Shown here: piece by piece, positions 56,743 through 64,000 of the stretch
Numbering within the stretch: position 1 is the stretch's first letter
Layout: each line of letters begins with the position of its first letter
Source: Octopus sinensis
Taxonomy: Eukaryota
DNA: 64,000 nt
Direction: 5' to 3'
Assembly: GCF_006345805.1 (NCBI RefSeq)
Contig: NW_021834582.1
Span: forward strand, 22,148 to 86,147
Translations under genes and position numbers: made by a program
The notes under the pieces: generated by a model
The model's input: only the letters and a program-made list of their open reading frames with translations
What the model was told of the DNA's origin: nothing
Database searches by the model: none

Positions 56743-58075
56743 TTGGAAGGGGGAATACGCTCGGCTTTGAGACTGCTCTCCAGTGATAGTCCATTCCTGA
56801 AGCCTTCAATTGAGACTCATGAAGCTCTCCTGGATCGACATCCGGCCGCTCCAAGCGACTCACGAAATCCACCTCTCCCAGGGATTCTTCAGCCATTGTC
56901 TGTCTCGGACGATGACATTAAAGCCGGAATTTTATCCTTCGCTCCAAGCAGCGGGGCTGGTCTAGACGGGCTGCGACCAGGACATTTTAAGGACCTAATC
57001 TCGCCGGACATTGGAAACTCGGGATCACGGCTTCTTTCGTCGATCTGTTCTCTTATCAACAGAATGCTTTCGGGAGATCTTCCAGAGCTAGTCCGTCACT
57101 TTTTCTTCTCTGCAAAACTGATCGCCCTAGAAAAGAAAGGAGGGGGTGTTCGACCCATTGCAGTTGGATCTGTCATCCGTCGGCTAGCTTCAAAGATGGC
57201 ATGCAGGGCTGTTATCCCATCATTAACTCCGCTAATGTGCCCTATTCATCTTGGAGTTGGTACCCCAGGAGGTTGTGAAGCTGCAATACACGGAATCCGT
57301 GCATTTAACCACATAAACAACAATACCCCCCATATTATTGTTAAATTGGACATCCGTAATGCATTTAACACCATCCGCCGCTACTCTATATTGGAGAACG
57401 TCTTGAATTTTGTCCCGAAATATACAACTATGTTCTCAGCTCATACGCGAAACCATCCACCCTCGTCCATGGCCCTTACCATATTTCCTCGTCCTTGGGG
57501 GTTCAACAAGGAGACCCATTGGGTCCTGTTCTCTTTTGCCTTGGAATTAATCACATTGCTAATAGCTGCTCAACCCCGCTGAATGTTTGGTACCTTGATG
57601 ACTGCACCCTCGGAGGTCATCCCGAAGCTGTCTTCAAGACGCTCGTTGACCTAATTCCGAGACTTGAATGAGTTGCTCTTATACTGAACACTTCAAAAAG
57701 TGAAATCATTAATTTTGGGTTCCGTCGTGATGAATTCGAGGTTATTGTTTCCACTTTCAGTGAGATAATTCCCGGAGCGTCCATCACGCCTAGTATCAGT
57801 CTGGAGATATTAGGCTGCCCATTGACAGATGGTGGAATCAAGGACGCTCTTGAAACTAAGGAAATGCTACTGGAAAAGAGCCTTCTTCCTGCTCAAAAAT
57901 GCCCTTGGCATCCAAATATTAAATCATGTGCTACGAGGGTCACCCTGCTTCTTAGAAAATGATCAACTTCATTCTATTAATGTCCTTTTCCGGAAAACAA
58001 CCGAACGCATCATAAATATCAAATTCGACGACCAAGGCTGTAAACAAGCTTCCCTTCCTGTCTCCTTTGGAGGTC
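56743..58075 (+). pseudogene. CRE retrotransposon RT fragment, frameshifted, truncated by block A'
   Basis: GLDGLRPGHFKDL, GGVRPIAVG, KLDIRNAFN, QQGDPLG (shifted frame), WYLDD, ASLPVSFGG. Confidence 0.88.
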
Positions 58076-58461
58076 ATTTTTAATTTTAAGGAGCAATCTT
58101 ACGTAGTAGTGTCCTCAATAATTCAAATTATTGCATTAATTACAAATTTCTAAATAATATTTTATTTGTTAAATTTTCTCGATATAATTACTTTAGATTT
58201 TAAATAGTAAAAAGGAAATTATTTGAAAACTATATTTTTAAAGCATTAACAAATCCTTCCAGTTATTGAATTACTTAATTTTTTCCATGAGCCTACGAAA
58301 CCTACCTCCACTGGTCCAATTACTTCTTTACATGCTAATTTTTGTGTCTGCTTTGCAGGCTTATTTCCGTTATTAGAGTTTTCCTTAAATTTTTGTTATA
58401 GAATCACCATTTCCGTTATAGAATCACCAATTCACCACAGTCCCGGTGGAAACCTCTGGAG

Positions 58462-60633
58462 CAGACGTCACCAAACTACGGCCCGCGGGCCGGATCCGGC
58501 CCGCGACAACATTTTATCCGGCCCGCGCACTATTTCGAGATATTCAATTAATACCTTAATAATTAACTTAAATAAAAACTTTAATTAAAAAATTAAACTA
58601 TTTTGCAAGATTTAATTCGAAAAAAAACTTATCAGCATTAACGTTAAATTTTTCTTTGTTGCTATGTCTAATATGAAAAGAAAGGTTGACCGCGAATGCC
58701 GTGTATTCAATAAATTATGGGAATTGAAGTATTTTTTTGCGAAAGATGAATTAAAGCAGAAAGCTTATTGTTTAATATGCCACGAACATCTCTCTGTTAT
58801 GAAGGAGTATAACATTCGACGTCATTATGAAACGAATCATGCTCCGATATATTCCAAGTACACTGGAAAGCTACGTGAGGATAAAGTTGAATCACTGAAA
58901 CGCACTTTACAAATTCAACAAGGCCTTATAAAAAAAAATTTTGAAAATAATGAAAATGTAACAAGAGCTGGATACGAGATAACGAAAATTATTTCACAAC
59001 ACGGGAAACCCTTTAGTGATGGGATGTATATCAAAAATTGCATTATTGAAGCAGTTAATTGTTTGTGCCCACTAAATTCTTCCTTATTTGATGGAATAAG
59101 TTTGTCGGCGAGTTCTGTATCACGGAGAACTGAAGAGCTTGGAAAAAATATATATTTACAAATTTGTGAAAAGACAAGTAATATGTTGTGGTATTCTCTT
59201 GCATTGGATGAGTCAGTTGACATTTCGGGAACATCGCAACTTCTTATTTTTATTCGTGGAGTTGATGAGAATATTTCCATAACTGAAGAACTGGCATCTG
59301 TTTGTTCTATTCATGGAACAACCACTGGAAAAGATATTTTTGATGAATTGGAACAAACTATAAGTGACTATAACCTTGAATGGGAGAAACTGAGTTGTGT
59401 TACGATTGACGGGGCAAAGAATATGGCTGGTTCTAAAAAGGGTCTAGTTGGGCAAATAACTAATAAATTGGAGGAATTACATATTTCAAACACTTTGTTC
59501 ATTCATTGCATCCTTCATCAGCACGCACTATGTGCGAAGGCTCTTATATTTCATGTGTGTTGAATCCAGTTATTCGCATAATAAACTTTGTTCGAGGGAG
59601 CTCACTTAATCACCGTCAGTTTAAAGTTTTACTTGACGATTTTGGATCTGAATATTTTGACTTACCATATTACACTGCAGTTAGATGGCTTAGCTGTGGT
59701 AATGTATTAAATAGATTTTATAAACTCCGAAGTGAGATTGATATTTTTCTAACCAGTAAAAATAACTATTATCCCGAATTATCAGATCTTGCTTGGCTAT
59801 CAAAATTATCATTTTTGGTTGATGTTACAACTCACATGAATGAGCTAAATCTGAAATTACAAGGAAAGGAAAACTTAATTTGTGATTTCTACAGGATAAT
59901 TAAAGCATTTCGACAAAAATTGATGTTATTCGAGTCACAACTTGGAGTACGTCAGTTTTCACACTTTTCTTGTTTTAAAAGTTTTTGTGAGGCAAACTGT
60001 AATGAGATCGACATTACTTTCCAAATTGGAATTATCAAAGAATTAAAACATCATTTTTTACATAAGTTTTCTGAACTTGACAAAATTGAAAGCGATATAA
60101 TTTTGTTCGAAAATCCATTTTCTTGTAATGTTGAAAATGTTCAACATGAATTACAATTAGAAGTTATTGACTTACAATCAAATGAACAGCTCAAAGATTG
60201 TCACAGACGGACCAAACTCGCTGAGTTCTACGAATATCTCAAGGATGATGAGTTTCCGAGACTAAAGAATTTTGCGATAAAGATGATTTCTATATTTGGC
60301 ACAACTTACCAATGTGAGCAAACGTTTTCGAGGATGAAATATGTTAAGTCTGCCCATCGTGCAAGATTGACTGACGGACACTTAAAATCAATTCTCATGA
60401 TAGGATGCAGCAATTTAAAACCAAATATTGATGAACTTATCAAAAAAAGATCACAGTTCCATAGCTCTCATTAAAATTTTTGTTTACTTTATTTTTGTTT
60501 AAATTAGTTTTTATTGTAAAAAACACACTTATGAATTTCTAGTAAAATTATAATCCTATGCACGTGCTCCGGCCCGCGTTCATTGTGTTGGGGTCAATCC
60601 GGCCCGCGAGTGCAAAAAGTTTGGTGACCCCTG
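58462..60633 (+). mobile_element. hAT (SPIN/GTF2IRD2-like) DNA transposon, near intact
   Basis: 16-bp TIRs cagacgtcaccaaact / agtttggtgacccctg (2 mismatches); 8-bp TSD ctctggag (58454-58461, 60634-60641); ggcccgcg subterminal repeats. Confidence 0.93.
58664..60474 (+). CDS. GTF2IRD2/SPIN-like hAT transposase with one apparent 1-nt frameshift near 59540
   Basis: KRKVDRECRVF..WE..YFF, CLIC...RRHYETNH, SLALDES.D, TIDGAKNM, HCILHQHALC, VRWLS.G.VL.RF, FGTTYQCEQTFS.MK..K...RARLTD. Confidence 0.85.
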
Positions 60634-61515
60634 CTCTGGAGTCATCGGCCCGCAGACGCTATCGTTTCTCCGCCGCCTTGGATCTAAGCTCGTAATTGCC
60701 ACGAAAGATCCCAACGAGTCGATCAGACTCTTTCAAAGGATCTCATTGGCCATCATGCGCGGGAATTACCAGTCGATCCGCTGCGCATTTTAACTCTTCT
60801 CGTTTATTAACATAAAAATAATTTTTCGTACTTATTTTTTATATTGCAAAAGATTCTCCGCCACCACGTGAAGTAAATCAAAGTTCTAAGATATTAACAG
60901 ATAATCTAGTCTAGAATCTGTGATGTTACGACATGAGAGGGAGTGGTAGTTAAACTTGGCTGTACGTGTGCTGCATCGGCATTGGTGTCTTGCCATAACC
61001 GGTAGACAGATTGCGATTCTCACTGTTTCGGCAATCACAGGAGCTATAGTCAATAAAACGTGGAAATTTTTTCAACTTAATTCCACACACAAGATTGGAG
61101 ACTATCTCGAACCAACACACAAAAAAAAATAAGTAAAGATCATTCCGCAACCCTACCTACGATAAAATAAACAACCAAATGCTTTCGGTGTCAGGGTTTC
61201 AGACACATAAGCGCGTCCTTGTCCGGTAAAGAAGACGCCGTTCAGAGGATGTTGGCCACCACGAGTGCGGACATTCTAGTGATCAACGAAACGAAGGTAA
61301 ATGGGGGTTCGTACGTTGTTGATGGCTACAACTGTTGTCACATACCCTGGAAACAGGGGTCAGGGGAAAAAGAATTATATAATCAAACACCCGGAATAAC
61401 CGTTCATTATGTCGACAACTGTCATTGCTGCAATCTAAAATTGAGTTAACATTCGTAATCAAATCATTAACATTTCGTACTTTCTTGAAATTCCAGAAAG
61501 CTAATTTATTATAAA

Positions 61516-62932
61516 CTAGCTCGGCAGCTCGCTTCGCTCACCGCGACCTAGCTCCTGCGGAGGGCCTGTTTCATCAAACAACTATAAGTTTATGTAGATG
61601 TATAAAACTACCTGGTTTAATGAATAAATTTTCTCTTCTGCCTACCCTCGAGCATCCCACATACAGCTGTCCATGTGAAAAGCACTCACTCTCTAAAAAT
61701 AACCCAACTACCTTTAATGACTGTCCCTGGGCCTTGTTTATTGTCATTGCAAAACTCATCCTCAAAGGAAATTGCAGCCTTTTAAATCTAAATGGTAATT
61801 CATCAGTAATTATCGGAATTCGTGGAATATAAACATCCTCACCTCTATACTTACCTGTTAATATCGTCGCCTCTATTACGTTAGCCATCAAATTTTTGAT
61901 AACTAACCTCGTTCCGTTGCATAATTTAGGTGGCGCAAGATTTCGTAATAAAACCACTGGAACGCCTATCTTTAACTTTAAAGATGATTCGGCATTCCAG
62001 AGGGATCTAAGGAGTTTAAAAATTCAATCCGGTTGAATTTTTAGAAAATAACAAAAAAATAAAAAAAACAAATAAAAATAAATATTTAAAAACAAAAAAA
62101 TAAAAAAAAACTAAACAAAAAACTTAGCAGCAGCCAAAAAAGCGACACACAAAAAGATTTAATTAATTACCCTAAGCTGACCGTTTTTCTTCAGCTTCGT
62201 TTTTCCTCCTTCGGTTATCTATTTAAAAAATTATTTTTGAATAATAAAAAATATTAGGAAAAAAGAGGCATACAGAAAATTAATTCTATCTTACGAAAAA
62301 CTTAACTAAATAGTTAATATTTTTACGCAAATTCTTCTGATTGCGCTGTCAATTGGTGGTAAATTGTGTTAATGATTGTGCTAATGTGGTTTTCAACTAT
62401 CAAAGTGTTTTTCAAAATCTGTTAATTGCACACTCTATTCAAGGTCGTGCAATCTTTAATTGCACATTCTGTCAAAGTCAAATATGATAATAGCTTTAAT
62501 TTTGATTCATGGTCGATAATGATATATGCATTTAATTTTAAAGAGAAAATCATAGGATGAATTGAATTTCTTTATCGCGAATAATTAGGAGTTCATCATT
62601 GTTAATATTCTCGCTGTCGTTTTCATCAAGGATATTCTTAATACGTGAGATTTTTGCCTCGGAGGTTTTAATGGACCTCATTATGAATGTCGAGGACATT
62701 AACGTTGTTCATTTTAATCAAATGCAGAAAATAATTTTTTGATTTTTTGGCGGGAAGGTTTTAAGGACCTCATCATGTAAGTCGAGGACATCGTAGTTGT
62801 TCATTTTAACCAAAATGCAGAAAATTTTTTTTGGGGGGAATTTATCTCTACTTTGCCAATTTGAAGTTGGTGTGCACACACAGACAGACAGACAGACAGA
62901 CAGACACACACCATACCATTTTATTATTAAGA
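61516..62932 (-). mobile_element. Non-autonomous Helitron (copy 3)
   Basis: On the minus strand: 5' tcttaataataaaatggtatgg + (GTCT)n, <2 repeat units, and a 3' end identical to copy 2 ending CTAG|t. Confidence 0.9.
61574..62025 (-). pseudogene. Helitron PIF1 helicase C-terminal fragment
   Basis: EFLNSLDPSGMPNH, VLLRNLAPPKLCNGTRL, RFKRLQFP..SFAMTINKAQGQSL, HGQLYVGCSRV. Confidence 0.88.
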
Positions 62933-64000
62933 AGGGTTAATCGTCATTTTATTTTTGGGATAAACTTTACCCATTCCACAAAGTGTCGTGCATTTAAGTA
63001 GGAATTTGACGATGTTACTATATACGCGAGTCTCAACTATTATTTTTCCTTATTGCTTGCTAGCACCATTTTATTTGATGATATTTTTTTTAGAATATTT
63101 CAAATGAGTTTAAATACGATGTAGTAGTAATATACCCAAACTGCTATCCTTGACCTCAAACATTCTCTCAATATTAACCATTTAAATTCTCACCAATCAG
63201 AGGTCATCTTCCACGGGCATTCTTCCGAACATAGTTTTGGCCACATTCACCATCTCAACTCAATGAGGCTTTTCACAGTCATGTCTATAAAAATAGTATT
63301 ATTACATTCGTTTAAACCAGCATGATTCTTTTACGCACATTAAAAAAACTTAAATTATATATTTATTTATATTATTGAGTTTAGCCTATTAAATGGTAAA
63401 CCTAAAACTGTATAAATTCACATTGCTTAATTAACTACGTCAGCGATTCGTATGTTCTTTTATTGCATATATTAATTTTTTATTCATAATTATTATTATT
63501 TCGATTCAAGGACTTGATGCATATTAATATTTGCTCAGAACCTTCCATGAATTAAAAAATTGTTGGTTATGAGTTTTTTTCACAATATTGTGATATGTAT
63601 TATTCCTTTGTTTTAAATTTGAAAATTTATTATTTTCATTCATTTCTATGAATATTTTTAATTACCTAATTTTTAAATTCCAATTGTCAAATCGATTCTT
63701 GATTTGATCTATTTATAATTTTATTTTTCAGACAATTTAATAATTTATTTTTAATGTTTTTGAGTGGTATTACGTTAACAACATTACTTAATGATTATTA
63801 GTGTTTTTTATACTTTGGTTGTATGCCGAATTTTTATTTTATTAAATAAAACAATTTCTATTATTTGATTTTACCTTATCCACTTCTTCAATGGACAATA
63901 TCCGAATATTTAATTAAGCACAATCATTTCTTTTCATCGTGACTTATTTTAAAGAAGTAATTTATTCATTTCCTGGTACCCGAAAACTATCTTTCGGATC

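Larger units (their letters stand above)
58437..60793 (+). pseudogene. CRE RLE C-terminal fragment split by the hAT insertion
   Basis: VPVETSG (to 58461) rejoins VIGPQTLSFLRRLG...LFQRISLAIMRGNYQSIRCAF* after the TSD. Confidence 0.85.

Noticed and set aside
53271-58366. Blocks A and A' as LTRs of one retrotransposon
   Set aside because: No TG..CA ends, PBS, PPT or TSD, and the interior is a mix of unrelated fragments with no gag/pol.

Overview
AT-rich eukaryotic (animal-like) genomic DNA, not prokaryotic. Host genes are broken by very short spliceosomal introns (22-31 nt wherever I could rebuild the reading frame by homology), which explains the fragmented ORF track. Genes recognised: a DHHC palmitoyltransferase, a NO VEIN/sacsin-like GHKL-ATPase plus DUF3883 nuclease protein, a GH35 beta-galactosidase lacking its acid/base ENEY motif, CDC50/TMEM30, SPAG17, a CUB-LDLa membrane protein, an intronless actin, a Ca-channel beta subunit, lysyl-tRNA synthetase, and a truncated ankyrin-AAA+ CLPB/Skd3 fragment. 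A large share of the window is transposable elements, often nested: an intact CRE-clade non-LTR retrotransposon plus four fragments, three hAT elements with 8-bp TSDs, pogo/Tigger elements and MITEs, a long-TIR Tc1, a Ginger-like integrase element, three copies of one Helitron family carrying 92-96 bp tandem arrays, and LINE fragments. Tiny introns together with a ciliary central-pair gene, CaV-beta and animal-type actin would fit a dicyemid-like mesozoan; this is inference only. The most unusual structure is the intact PHD-RT-RLE CRE element at 9855-13041. It carries the same 29-bp terminal sequence at both ends in inverted orientation, and its 50-nt poly(A) lies on the strand opposite the ORF.
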